This document shows, piece by piece, positions 50,170-61,806 of a stretch of DNA of 64,000 bases. Where the stretch lies: assembly GCA_043825875.1 (NCBI GenBank), contig JBDRRF010000084.1, positions 19,916 to 83,915 of the forward strand. The letters run 5' to 3'. The position numbers and the translations under genes are program-made. Origin of the DNA: Pseudomonadota bacterium (lineage in GTDB: Bacteria > Desulfobacterota > Desulfobacteria > Desulfobacterales > RPRI01). The stretch's first letter is position 1; each line of letters starts with the position of its first letter. Below the pieces are notes generated by a model that saw nothing but the letters and a program-made list of their open reading frames with translations, did no database searches and had not been told where the DNA came from.

Positions 50170-51146
50170 AAGATTTAAAGCGAGAACTTCTTTCAATGGT
50201 AGGAGATGATCTTGCTGAAATTGAAGTTGCGCTTAAAGATAATTTAAACCCCTATCTTGACCTTGTTTCCGATGTTGCCAGGCATATTCTTTTTGCAGGT
50301 GGCAAAAGATTAAGGCCCCTTCTTATGGTGCTTTCGGCTAGAATTTGTGGTTATAAGGGCGGCTATGACAAAGTTTTTTCAACGATTTTTGAATATCTTC
50401 ATGCCGCTACACTGTTGCATGACGATGTTATCGACGGGGCTCAATTAAGAAGAGGAAGACCCGTTGCAAATTCATTATGGAAAAACTCCTCGGTGGTTTT
50501 AACCGGTGATTTTTTGCTTGCGCGCGGCCTTTCCATTGCCGCAGCTACAAAAAAACCAAGCATTATCAAAATAGTTGCCGAAATTACCGAAAGCATGTCC
50601 CAGGGAGAAATTGAACAGCTTTTAAGGAAAGGTGATGTTAGTATTACAGAAGAAGAATACAGAAAAGTAATATGGCGTAAGACTGCCGTGTTATTCCATG
50701 GTGCATGTAAAATCAGCGCCCGGTTGGCTAATTCATCAAAGCGTGAAGAAAATGCTATATCTAACTATGGAAAGAACCTTGGGTTGGCTTTCCAGATGGT
50801 TGATGATCTTTTGGACTATACGCTTGATACAAAAGCTCTCGGGAAAGGAGTAGGCGCTGATTTAAAAGAAGGAAAAGTAACTCTTCCGGTTATATATGCC
50901 TTGAAACAAGCGGATTCAAAAGATCGCCTCAAAATGGAATCAATAATAAAAAATAAAAAATTTTCTGGCTCTAATTTTAAATTACTGATAAACTTACTTG
51001 AAAAATATGGTGGGATTTCATATACGGACCAATGTGCGAAGGATCATATTAAGCAGGCAAAAGAATCGCTGCTTGTTTTTAAACCTTCAAAAACAAGAGA
51101 CATATTAGAATTTATTGCCGATTATACTCTTTTAAGAAAATCCTGA
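50166..51146 (+). CDS. ispB: Polyprenyl (octaprenyl) diphosphate synthase
   Basis: GGKRLRP, LLHDDVID and FQMVDDLLD. Confidence 0.88.
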   Translation: MKDLKRELLSMVGDDLAEIEVALKDNLNPYLDLVSDVARHILFAGGKRLRPLLMVLSARICGYKGGYDKVFSTIFEYLHAATLLHDDVIDGAQLRRGRPVANSLWKNSSVVLTGDFLLARGLSIAAATKKPSIIKIVAEITESMSQGEIEQLLRKGDVSITEEEYRKVIWRKTAVLFHGACKISARLANSSKREENAISNYGKNLGLAFQMVDDLLDYTLDTKALGKGVGADLKEGKVTLPVIYALKQADSKDRLKMESIIKNKKFSGSNFKLLINLLEKYGGISYTDQCAKDHIKQAKESLLVFKPSKTRDILEFIADYTLLRKS

Positions 51147-51208
51147 CCCTTTTTTTTACCGCCCAGTAAGTAAAGGCTTTGCTATCACAACCTGCCGGGA
51201 ATAAGCAT

Positions 51209-51757
51209 ATGAAAATCAATATCCCAAATATTTTGACAATTACAAGGATCTTGCTTGTCCCGCTTTTTATTATTTTTCTGATCAGGGATTTATATGTTTC
51301 TGCGCTCATTGTCTTTGTCTGTGCGGGATTAAGTGATGGGTTAGACGGCCTAATCGCCCGATATTTCAACCAGCGCACGGAACTTGGTGCCTATCTTGAC
51401 CCTATTGCAGATAAACTTCTTATAATTTCTGCATTTGCAAGCCTTGCTGTTATTAAAATAATTCCGGGCTGGCTTGCGGTTATTGTAATTACACGGGATG
51501 TTCTTATACTGCTCGGGATAGCAATTTTTTCTTTAACGGATATAACTATTAAGATTAAGCCAAGCCTTGTGAGTAAATGCACAACGGTTGCACAATTGGG
51601 AACTGTAGTATTTATTCTTTTTAACCCGACTATTTCTGATGCGGTAACAATTAAACATTATATTTACTGGCTTACGGCAGGGTTATCAATTATATCAGGC
51701 TTTCATTATATTTATAAAGGTATGAATCTGCTTCAGGGAGCTTCGATAGAGAATTAG
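51209..51757 (+). CDS. pgsA: CDP-alcohol phosphatidyltransferase (PgsA-like)
   Basis: NIPNILT..R and SDGLDGLIAR...LGAYLDPIADK. Confidence 0.8.
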   Translation: MKINIPNILTITRILLVPLFIIFLIRDLYVSALIVFVCAGLSDGLDGLIARYFNQRTELGAYLDPIADKLLIISAFASLAVIKIIPGWLAVIVITRDVLILLGIAIFSLTDITIKIKPSLVSKCTTVAQLGTVVFILFNPTISDAVTIKHYIYWLTAGLSIISGFHYIYKGMNLLQGASIEN

Positions 51758-51816
51758 AAGCTAAAACCGCATGTGAATAAAGTCGGTTTATCGATAGGTA
51801 TATTCCTTAATATTTC

Positions 51817-51877
51817 TAAATAACACCAGCATCAGCAGGCTTATGTTTTGCGATCCGCTGCATGCCATGGGTTAACC
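51817..51877 (-). other. attC-like site overlapping the toxin stop codon
   Basis: Minus strand GGTTAAC-CCATG-GCAT-G-CAGCGG...CCTGCTG-ATGC-TGGT-GTTATTT, with a bulged base. Confidence 0.6.
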
Positions 51878-52210
51878 ACCAATTATTTCATTCAAGCCTT
51901 CAATTATGAGAGCCAATTCTTCATCAGATGCTTTGGCTAATTTGTGGCCTATGCGTTTTACGGACAACGTACGAACCTGGCTGATCTTTACCCATGATTG
52001 TTTCTGGAGTTTTGGTTCGGTAAGTTCCAAAGTAAGTGGAAAACCAGCTTTTTGAGGTTGACTTGTGATCGCGACGGCTATTACCGTGCCGGAGCGCTCA
52101 TTGAAAATATTTTGGCTTAAAATGAGAACAGGACGTAAACCGCCCTGCTCACTACCAATGACCGGATTTAAATCCGCCCAATGAATATTACCTCTTAATA
52201 TTCCGGCCAT
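51872..52210 (-). CDS. mazF: PemK/MazF family toxin
   Basis: RGNIHWADLNPVIGSEQGGLRPVLILS and ISQVRTLS. Confidence 0.92.
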   Translation of the reverse strand: MAGILRGNIHWADLNPVIGSEQGGLRPVLILSQNIFNERSGTVIAVAITSQPQKAGFPLTLELTEPKLQKQSWVKISQVRTLSVKRIGHKLAKASDEELALIIEGLNEIIGG

Positions 52211-52437
52211 ATTTCCATCCCCGCTGAAAAACCTTCTTCCGCCATGGACTGTTCGAATTCAGGGTCTAACTTTGAACACTCTTGGGATAGCCGACTTTTC
52301 TCAAGGCGAATTAATTTCTCAGCTACCGCCTCCTGAATTGCCCTGCTACGATTTGGGAAATAATTCGATTTAATAAGCATATCTATTTGTTTTAGCATAT
52401 TATCATCTATTGTAATTGCAATTTTTGAAGCAGTCAT
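52195..52437 (-). CDS. Ribbon-helix-helix antitoxin
   Basis: KIAITID...NRSRAIQEAV, overlapping the toxin start. Confidence 0.85.
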   Translation of the reverse strand: MTASKIAITIDDNMLKQIDMLIKSNYFPNRSRAIQEAVAEKLIRLEKSRLSQECSKLDPEFEQSMAEEGFSAGMEIWPEY

Positions 52438-52670
52438 TTTTTCACCTCCGGTATGATAATATGTCATACCGCTAATATTTTCAAGAGTAAATTCTAAGAT
52501 TGTGCGTAATATCGGTTTAATACTAATTTTTCGAAATTGATATTGGATATCTCGGCATTATAAATTGGGACATTGAATATCAAGCCGATTTATTGTCTAT
52601 GTAAAGATCGGTCTTTGCGGATGCCCGATTTTTTTGTGTGCTGCGGGAAACTGATGTTGTGTGTTTTAAT

Positions 52671-53000
52671 TTATTGACTTAATTTTGAACTGACAACACG
52701 ATTAATACTGATTCCGGATTCAGCCGCCCGGATAGCAAGATTGCGATGAACCTCCGGAGGAATTCTAACCATAAACTTGCCACTATACTGTCGACAAGCA
52801 ATAGGCTCCGGTATAGACTCATCGTTGGCTTCCATATCTGCAACAACTTCTGAAACTAATTTCCGTATTCCTTTTAAGGCAGCTTCCGGTGTAGCAGAAA
52901 GCCAGCTCAGGCTTGGAAATTCAGTACACAAACCCACATGTTCGTTATCATTCTCTGACCATGTTACTCGGTATGTATATCGATCATTTTTTAATGCCAT
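52671..53000 (-). CDS. hicB: HicB family antitoxin
   Basis: YTYRVTWS, EFPSLSW and SGKFMVRIPPEVHRNL. Confidence 0.88.
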   Translation of the reverse strand: MALKNDRYTYRVTWSENDNEHVGLCTEFPSLSWLSATPEAALKGIRKLVSEVVADMEANDESIPEPIACRQYSGKFMVRIPPEVHRNLAIRAAESGISINRVVSSKLSQ

Positions 53001-53049
53001 GATTTACCTCCAATTTTTCAATAGCCAAAAGTACCTGCTTTACCTGAAT
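52984..53049 (-). pseudogene. 3' remnant of hicA toxin
   Basis: QVKQVLLAIEKLEVNHG overlapping the hicB start. Upstream part is unrelated sequence. Confidence 0.55.
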
Positions 53050-53145
53050 TGTAGTATCAATATTGATATTATTGTCAAGGGCCAATATCGGTTTACGTAT
53101 AACAATTTTATTGATACTGTAACAGTGTTTGATACAATATGCCAT

Positions 53146-53268
53146 ATGATAAAAACCTTTAGGCATAAGGGGCTTGCTGAACTATTTGAGCATGGCAGTT
53201 CTCCAAAGGTTCAGCAGAATTTACAATCTCTTCCTGAACAATTAGAAAGCTTTTCCGAGAATTGCTGA
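53146..53268 (+). pseudogene. 5' remnant of HigB/plasmid-maintenance killer toxin
   Basis: MIKTFRHKGLAELFEHG, 40 aa only. Confidence 0.7.
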
Positions 53269-53311
53269 ATAAACTTGCTATTTGGCAGCATAAATAAAAG
53301 GAGCCGATTTA

Positions 53312-55903
53312 ATGGCTGATAATTTACACATAAGTACGGGTTGGGATAATCTGGATACTATTATCGATCATCTGCGAAGAAGTGACAATGTAGTCTGGCA
53401 GGTTGAAACAATAGATGATTACCAGAGATTGGTATCGATGTTTGTAAATAAGGCTATTGCCCGGAATGAAAAAGTTGTTTACTTAAGATTTGCCCGCCAT
53501 ACTGCGCTCCTTGAAGAAAGAAACAATCTGACAATATACAATTTGAAAGTGGAAACCGGGTTTGAGTCTTTTACAACACAAGTGCATAGCATCATTGGCC
53601 AAGAAGGTAGAAATACCTGCTATGTATTTGATTCACTGTCTGATCTTCTTCACATATGGGCAACCGACCTTATGATCGGGGATTTTTTTTCCATTACCTG
53701 CCCGTATCTTTTTGAATTAAACACAACTGCCTATTTTGGAATCCTGCGTAATCGTCACTCATTCAAGGCAATAGCCCTCATAAGAGAAACAACCCAGGTT
53801 CTGATAGATGTCTATAATTACAAGGGGCAGATATGTATTCATCCCATCAAGGTTCAGCATCGTTATTCTCCCACAATGTATTTTCCTCATATAAAGAAAA
53901 AAGAAAAACTTGTGCCTGTTATAGACAGCGTGGATGCCACTCAGCTTTTTTCCCATCTTTCCAAACGCAATACTATGGCAGCCCAGAGGCATCTCGACTA
54001 CTGGGATCACCTTTTTATGCAGGCCAAAAATATTCTGGAATCAGATTCAAGATTTGAAGAAAAGCAGGATATGGTTGAGCGGCTAAGCCGTGTGTTGCTG
54101 AGCCGGAACCAAAGATTATTATCCTTGATAAGAAAGCATATAACTTTGGAAGATCTTCTGCAAATTAAAGAGCGGCTTATAGGAACAGGATTCATCGGCG
54201 GAAAATCTGTGGGAATGCTGTTGTCGAGAAAGATATTGACGCAGGATAACTCATTTAAATGGCATGATGTTATAGAGCATCATGATTCATTCTATATAGG
54301 CTCTGATGTATTTTATTCTTATATAGCCAGAAATGGTTGGTGGAAGATTTTCATGGCGCATAAAACTAAAGAAGGGTATTTTGATAAAGCTTCAGAGCTT
54401 AACCATAAGATGTTAAGCGGCGACTTTCCTGAAGAAATTAAGGAACAATTCCGGTTGATGCTGGAATATTTCGGGCAGTCGCCTATTATAGTCCGTTCCA
54501 GCAGCCTTCTTGAAGATGCCTTCGGCAGTGCCTTTGCCGGAAAATACGAGAGCTTTTTTTGTGTAAACCAGGGTTCTCCAGAGAAAAGATATGAAAATTT
54601 TGAAGAGGCGATCCGTAAGATATTTGCAAGCACGATGAGCGAGGATGCCCTTGCCTACAGATTGCAAAGAAATCTTGATCAGATGGATGAACAAATGGCC
54701 ATTTTGGTTCAGCGGGTATCAGGCGCTTACCATAAACGTTATTTTTTTCCTGAACTTGCCGGGGTGGGTTTATCCCGCAATCCATTTGTCTGGAAAAAGG
54801 ATATGGACGAAAAAGCCGGTATGATAAGGCTGGTATTAGGGCTGGGAACACGAGCTGTTAACAGGGTTGAAAATGATTATCCGAGAATCGTTGCTTTGGA
54901 TGCCCCTATAGTAAAGCCTTTATCAGGAATGAATGATATCAGCAAGTATTCGCAGCATTTTGTTGATGTGCTGAATCTTGAGGCAAATCAGATAGAAACT
55001 ATACCTATGGATAGGTTGCTTGAAGAAGAAGCTCCGAAAAATCTCGAACTTGTGGCTATAAGGGATACGGAAGCTTATCAGAACTTACTTAACATGGGCA
55101 AACCCGGCAGGGACATATGGGTTCTTACATTTGATGCTTTTCTTACAGAAACGCTTTTTGTCAATTTGATGAAAAAAATGCTGAGAAGGCTTGAAAATAC
55201 ATATGAGAATCCAGTGGATATCGAATTTACAATTAACTTCAACCAGGCAGATGATATTCAGATTAACTTGTTGCAATGCCGTCCCTTTCAATCTATCGAG
55301 CACTTGGGCAATACTACAGAGTTAGAAGCAATACCGGAAGAGAAAATCATTGTCCTTACAGAAGGAAGTTTTATGGGAGGAAATGTTTTGCAGCCGATTT
55401 CAAGAATAATTTTTGTAGATCCAGAGAACTACACTAAACTTTCCCGGACAGAAAAATACAGTGTGGCCCGTTTGATCGGCAAATTAAATAAATCGGTGAG
55501 CGACCGGATGAAAACTCCAACCTTGCTGATAGGTCCCGGAAGATGGGGAACCCATTCACCTGAAATGGGAGTTTCTGTAAATTTTTCAGAAATCAATCAT
55601 ATTGCAGTACTTGCAGAATTAAGCTACCGGGACGGGAGTCTGATCCCGGACTTGTCTTTCGGGACGCACTTTTTTCATGATCTTATTGAAACGGACATTT
55701 TTTATTTTGCCGTTTATCCGGAAAATCCCGGCGTGATATTCAGGCAGAACTGGTTTCGGGAATTGCCGAATCTGCTTGACAGCTTAAGCCTTGAGGAAAA
55801 AAGCCTGAGCCATGTTGTAAAGGTTTGTGACCTGAGCGGGAAAGGATTGATTATTCACTCCAATGTTGTAACTCAAAGGATGATTTGCTACCTTTTGGAT
55901 TAG
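53312..55903 (+). CDS. PEP/pyruvate-binding (PPDK N-terminal) domain protein with KaiC/RecA-like N-terminus
   Basis: ISTGWDNLD...VFDSLS, GGKSVG, VRSSSLLED..FAGKY, DIEF, LLQCRP and C-terminal SFGTHFF. Confidence 0.8.
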   Translation: MADNLHISTGWDNLDTIIDHLRRSDNVVWQVETIDDYQRLVSMFVNKAIARNEKVVYLRFARHTALLEERNNLTIYNLKVETGFESFTTQVHSIIGQEGRNTCYVFDSLSDLLHIWATDLMIGDFFSITCPYLFELNTTAYFGILRNRHSFKAIALIRETTQVLIDVYNYKGQICIHPIKVQHRYSPTMYFPHIKKKEKLVPVIDSVDATQLFSHLSKRNTMAAQRHLDYWDHLFMQAKNILESDSRFEEKQDMVERLSRVLLSRNQRLLSLIRKHITLEDLLQIKERLIGTGFIGGKSVGMLLSRKILTQDNSFKWHDVIEHHDSFYIGSDVFYSYIARNGWWKIFMAHKTKEGYFDKASELNHKMLSGDFPEEIKEQFRLMLEYFGQSPIIVRSSSLLEDAFGSAFAGKYESFFCVNQGSPEKRYENFEEAIRKIFASTMSEDALAYRLQRNLDQMDEQMAILVQRVSGAYHKRYFFPELAGVGLSRNPFVWKKDMDEKAGMIRLVLGLGTRAVNRVENDYPRIVALDAPIVKPLSGMNDISKYSQHFVDVLNLEANQIETIPMDRLLEEEAPKNLELVAIRDTEAYQNLLNMGKPGRDIWVLTFDAFLTETLFVNLMKKMLRRLENTYENPVDIEFTINFNQADDIQINLLQCRPFQSIEHLGNTTELEAIPEEKIIVLTEGSFMGGNVLQPISRIIFVDPENYTKLSRTEKYSVARLIGKLNKSVSDRMKTPTLLIGPGRWGTHSPEMGVSVNFSEINHIAVLAELSYRDGSLIPDLSFGTHFFHDLIETDIFYFAVYPENPGVIFRQNWFRELPNLLDSLSLEEKSLSHVVKVCDLSGKGLIIHSNVVTQRMICYLLD

Positions 55904-55949
55904 CCCTGGCAACAAATCATCCTTAATATTTGTTGTATTTACTACGTTT

Positions 55950-57326
<1,377 letters not shown>

Positions 57327-57358
57327 TTAAATTTATTTTTTCAATAATTTAGATGCCG

Positions 57359-57940
57359 CTAATAATTTTTCACTATATATATTTTACCAATTGATGAAGC
57401 AGGCATTGTCCCATACCTTGTTTTTTTAAAAAAATGAAAATCATCAGGACTTATTCCTTCGATACCTGAGAATTCATTAATCAATTCCTCAAGGCTGTCA
57501 AAACCACTGCCAAAAAAAGGCAGTTTTGAAAAAAACGGTTTTGAACCGGCTGTATCTGCAAGAACGGCAAAATGTACCGGAAACAGAGGATCGCCTACAA
57601 CCAGTAGATATTGATCCTTTGATTCGGTGATATTGTATTCTTGCGGCAGGTTATCCTGATTGATTTTTTCAAAATGTTCGCTTAAAATAACTGCGGCTTC
57701 ATGCGCGTCAATATCCTGAAAGGACATCAAATCATCGCAATTGAAAAAACCGAGTGTGTATAATGCGATACTGAAACTGCTTATCTGTTCATAAATGGGA
57801 TGTTCCCTGTCGCACATCATCATAATTTCTTCAATTCTTTCGCTTATGAGAAGTCCTTCACGATTCATATTTGTACTCATATGAATAAAGGTTCTATCCT
57901 CAAAGCCATCCTCCAATTTTTGTATTTGATTCATCCGCAT
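57359..57940 (-). CDS. Hypothetical acidic protein upstream of gdhA
   Basis: 193 aa, co-oriented with gdhA, 53 bp gap. Confidence 0.7.
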   Translation of the reverse strand: MRMNQIQKLEDGFEDRTFIHMSTNMNREGLLISERIEEIMMMCDREHPIYEQISSFSIALYTLGFFNCDDLMSFQDIDAHEAAVILSEHFEKINQDNLPQEYNITESKDQYLLVVGDPLFPVHFAVLADTAGSKPFFSKLPFFGSGFDSLEELINEFSGIEGISPDDFHFFKKTRYGTMPASSIGKIYIVKNY

Positions 57941-58039
57941 GTGGAAACCCCTTTTTTTAAATAAATACAGCCTGTTAATAGAAACATTTAAAATTGCCGG
58001 TAATTTTTTGGCTTCAATTTCTGTTCTTGAGTTTTCTAC

Positions 58040-58054
58040 GCAAAAGATATGCCG
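58040..58054 (-). promoter_or_regulatory. sigma54 -24/-12 promoter for hypothetical-gdhA
   Basis: Minus strand CGGCATATCTTTTGC, 100 bp upstream of 57940. Confidence 0.7.
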
Positions 58055-58282
58055 GGAGATAATATATTTACTAAAAGATATAACTATCAGGATTTATTGC
58101 TAAATATATTTATGATGAATATAAGGGTAAAGAATCAGGAAATGTCCGATGATTAAAAATAAACAGTTCACATGGATTGCAGAATATATGATTGAAAGGT
58201 AACTTACTGGTAATAAAGATGTTAATAGGGAAATGTTCTTAGCTGTATGATATTTGAACAGCAATATAATATTTGATCAGTT

Positions 58283-59746
58283 TTATGCAATTTCCTGATC
58301 ATCTTCCTGCTTATCGAGTTGTTTTTTAAGGCGATGCCGCAATGTGTTTCGGCTTATTCCAAGCATTCTGGCGGCCTGGACCTGGTTGTTGCCGCATTCG
58401 CGAAGAACCTTACTGATCAGGGTTTCTTCAACTACTTCAATAAGATTGGTATGGATATTCTGTTTTGAAAGGCGAAGTATTTCAGGGATTATTTCTTCAA
58501 GTTTTTCTTTCAGACGCTCAATCAACTGTTCGCGGTTCAGAGTCTGCAGAACATGTTCTTCCTCCGGGTCTGGTATCATCAGGTTTCCTTCAGCTATCAC
58601 ATCCCCGGTGCTGAGTAAAACTGCGCGTCGTATACAGTTTTCAAGCTCGCGCACATTTCCTGGCCATGAATATGAGGTCAGTTTGTTTAAAGCCGTTCCT
58701 GACAAATAGCAAAGAGGCCTGTTGTATTCCGAGCTGAATTTTTTTAAAAAATAATCCACCAGATCCGGGACATCTCCCATGCGTTGCCTTAGAGGCGGAA
58801 TATTGATTGAAATAACTTTCAGGCGCCAGTAAAGATCTTTTCTGAATCCACCAAGTGCTACCTCTTGTTCAAGATTTTTATTGGTAGCAGTTATCACGCG
58901 TACATTAACTTTGATGATCCGGTTCCCGCCCAGCCTTTCGATTTCACCTTCCTGAAGAACCCGCAGCAGCTTAGCCTGCAGGGCAGGAGACATTTCACCG
59001 ATCTCATCTAAAAAAAGAGTGCCATTGTCGCATCTCTCAATTTTACCGATGTATGTCCTTTCAGCTCCGGTGAATGCACCCCGCTCATGTCCGAACAATT
59101 CGCTTTCAAAAAGAGTTTCGGGTATGGCTGCACAATTAATAGCGATAAAAGGTTTGTCTTTGCGACAGCTGTGATGGTATATGGCTCTTGCCATCAACTC
59201 TTTTCCTGTTCCGCTTTCGCCTGTTATCAGCACCGAAACATCTTTTTCAGCTATCTGGCCTATCAGCTTATAAATATCTTGCATTATTTTGCTGTTGCCT
59301 ATGATCTGATGCGAATTTCTATCTATTGAAGCCGGTATTGCAGCTGTAGAATCGGGAAAGCTGACAATCTCTTTCATCTGGCGGCTAATAGCAAGTGCAT
59401 CATTGACAATACGGCTCAGATCTTTTCTGTCAAAAGGCTTTACAAGATAGTCGTAAGCGCCTTTCTTCATGGTTTCAATAGTCAGATCCGTTGTGCCGTA
59501 AGCCGTCATTATGATAACGGGCGTTTTTACCTCAATGGCTTTAATTTCCGCTAAAGTATCCAGCCCATTGAATTCGGGCATCTTATAATCAAGAAGAATA
59601 AGATCGAAACTTTCCTTGTTTATTTTTTCAATAGCGGCCTTGCCATTAAGGCAGGCGGTTACTTCATAACCTTTCCTTTGAAAAAATCTGCTTAAAAAGT
59701 GTAACAGACCTTCATCATCATCAACTAGTAATATTTTTTCCATCAT
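58283..59746 (-). CDS. sigma54-dependent response regulator (NtrC family)
   Basis: Receiver, GESGTGKE, GAFTGA, WPGNVREL and HTH. Confidence 0.95.
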   Translation of the reverse strand: MMEKILLVDDDEGLLHFLSRFFQRKGYEVTACLNGKAAIEKINKESFDLILLDYKMPEFNGLDTLAEIKAIEVKTPVIIMTAYGTTDLTIETMKKGAYDYLVKPFDRKDLSRIVNDALAISRQMKEIVSFPDSTAAIPASIDRNSHQIIGNSKIMQDIYKLIGQIAEKDVSVLITGESGTGKELMARAIYHHSCRKDKPFIAINCAAIPETLFESELFGHERGAFTGAERTYIGKIERCDNGTLFLDEIGEMSPALQAKLLRVLQEGEIERLGGNRIIKVNVRVITATNKNLEQEVALGGFRKDLYWRLKVISINIPPLRQRMGDVPDLVDYFLKKFSSEYNRPLCYLSGTALNKLTSYSWPGNVRELENCIRRAVLLSTGDVIAEGNLMIPDPEEEHVLQTLNREQLIERLKEKLEEIIPEILRLSKQNIHTNLIEVVEETLISKVLRECGNNQVQAARMLGISRNTLRHRLKKQLDKQEDDQEIA

Positions 59747-61577
59747 TTTCTAATATCGTTTGGTTGATTTTTATGGGTAGAAAAATGGTAAATATCGTTC
59801 CCTGTTGAAAAACACTATTAACATGTACTACTCCGCCATGATTTTTAATCGTATTTAGCACAAGCGGAAGTCCCAGTCCAGTACCGGATGCTTTTGTGGT
59901 AAAAAACGGCTCAAAAATATTTTCAATCTGATCCTCGGGAATCCCCTGGCCGGTATCACAAATCTCAATTTTAACACAGGATTCATTTCTGTCATTTAGT
60001 TTAAAAATATCTACAGAAGCTGTCATGGAAACAACGCCGTGCAAAGGTATTGCCTCAAGAGCATTAATAAGAAGGTTTATAAGAGCTTCGGACAATAACT
60101 TTCTGTCTCCATTTATTGACGGGAGATTATTATCAATCCTGACATTAAGTGCGCATTCCTGACGATTTGCAAGAGGTCTGACAATAGATAGAACATCCTC
60201 TATAAGTTTTGCCACATCAATTACCGAAAACAAAAGAGCCTGTGGTTTTGTAAATTCAAGAAACCTGTTTATCGTTGCTTCAATTCTATTGACCTGTTTC
60301 ATTGCGATCCGGAAATCTTCTTTATCTTCTGGAAAACGTTCGATTTGATCTTGTACGGATTCTAAGAAAAGTTTAATAGAAGTGAGGGGGGTCCTTATTT
60401 CATGAGCAACAGCAGCACCCATTCTTCCCATTGCGGCAAATTTTTCCGAACGTTCTGCAATGAGTTTTGTTTCTTTCAGTTCCGCTTCTCTTAACCCGAC
60501 TTTTTTTTCAAGATTGTTCTGGCGCTCCTGAAGTTTGTGCGACATGTCTTCAAATGCGCTATAAAGCAAGCCAATCTCGTCATTTGTGTTAATTTTTACA
60601 ATCGGCTTGTCAAATTCTGAAACCGCTATATTTCCGGCATATCTGCTGAGCGTTCTTATAGGGCTTACAATCCTGTACGAAATCATCCATGTAAGCATAA
60701 ATGCGCTTACGATGCATAAAATAAGAGTAATATAAATTATGCGTTTAAGGGTTTTCGCACTCTGAAAAGCCTCTTCGTAATCCTGTTCAACAACAATATA
60801 CCAGTCTGTGCCGCCGACATTCAGGGAAGCGCCTAGTACTTCTATGCCGCGATAATCCAGATATGCCTTTTTGCCGTCGCGTTTTTCGAATATTTTTTTG
60901 AAGCTTTCAGACTGAGAAATATTTTCCGTTAAAATTCTTGAAGGCTCCTTGTGTGCAAGGAATCTTCCATCCCTATCCACAAGATAACATTCGCCGGTAA
61001 CGCCTAAAGATACATTAAGAATGAAGAATACTATTTTATTAGTCCCAACGCTGCCGTAAACCGTTCCTAAAAGCTTGCCATTATCACCTGTGACGGGAAC
61101 CGCGATATCAAAGGATGACTCCTTCTCTTCGGGTAAATATGTAATGTCGGACATATACAGAGCGTCTCTGGCAATATAAGTTCCGGTATCGTTTATTTTC
61201 GGGCTGGATATGTCTTTTCTGCTATTAAAAATAATTTTTCCGGAAGCCGAAACTACTTTTAAATTTTTATAAACGCCATATTTATCGCGCACAAGATTAA
61301 GGTAAGGAGCTATCAGATCGGGTTTCATGGATTTTAATATCGATGTTCCGGCAACAACCATAAGATCAGCCTTACGTTCGTCAAGCCATCGTTCGAGAAT
61401 AGCAACCTTGTCTACCGCTACATTTTGAAGTTGACGAATAACCATGCTGGATATCAGGTCCTCGGTTGTTTTAATCGAAAACCACCCAATAATCAGAAGG
61501 GGAACAAGAGCAAGAGCAAGAAAAATAAGCATCACTTTGGCCTGCAGGCTAACCCCTGGTTTTTTATTGTAAGGCAT
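59721..61577 (-). CDS. Cache/HAMP sensor histidine kinase
   Basis: Two TMs, HAMP (DEIGLL), AHEIRTPL, NLLINA and GTGLGL. Confidence 0.93.
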   Translation of the reverse strand: MPYNKKPGVSLQAKVMLIFLALALVPLLIIGWFSIKTTEDLISSMVIRQLQNVAVDKVAILERWLDERKADLMVVAGTSILKSMKPDLIAPYLNLVRDKYGVYKNLKVVSASGKIIFNSRKDISSPKINDTGTYIARDALYMSDITYLPEEKESSFDIAVPVTGDNGKLLGTVYGSVGTNKIVFFILNVSLGVTGECYLVDRDGRFLAHKEPSRILTENISQSESFKKIFEKRDGKKAYLDYRGIEVLGASLNVGGTDWYIVVEQDYEEAFQSAKTLKRIIYITLILCIVSAFMLTWMISYRIVSPIRTLSRYAGNIAVSEFDKPIVKINTNDEIGLLYSAFEDMSHKLQERQNNLEKKVGLREAELKETKLIAERSEKFAAMGRMGAAVAHEIRTPLTSIKLFLESVQDQIERFPEDKEDFRIAMKQVNRIEATINRFLEFTKPQALLFSVIDVAKLIEDVLSIVRPLANRQECALNVRIDNNLPSINGDRKLLSEALINLLINALEAIPLHGVVSMTASVDIFKLNDRNESCVKIEICDTGQGIPEDQIENIFEPFFTTKASGTGLGLPLVLNTIKNHGGVVHVNSVFQQGTIFTIFLPIKINQTILENDGKNITS

Positions 61578-61806
61578 AATTTCCCAGTATATTTAATTCG
61601 ATTATCGAACAGCTTCTTATAATCACCGAACGCTCCGGTATTTTCTTTGTCCTCGGATGTGCATTATAAATGAAATCCATAAACAATGGCAAAATAAAAA
61701 ACAAATAAATTCCGGATTTTATTTCGATCCGTATAATACCGGCATCAGGTTTAACTGTATCCTGGTCAACCCGTTGCCTCGTTCTCATTAACGGGGGTTT
61801 GCTTCG

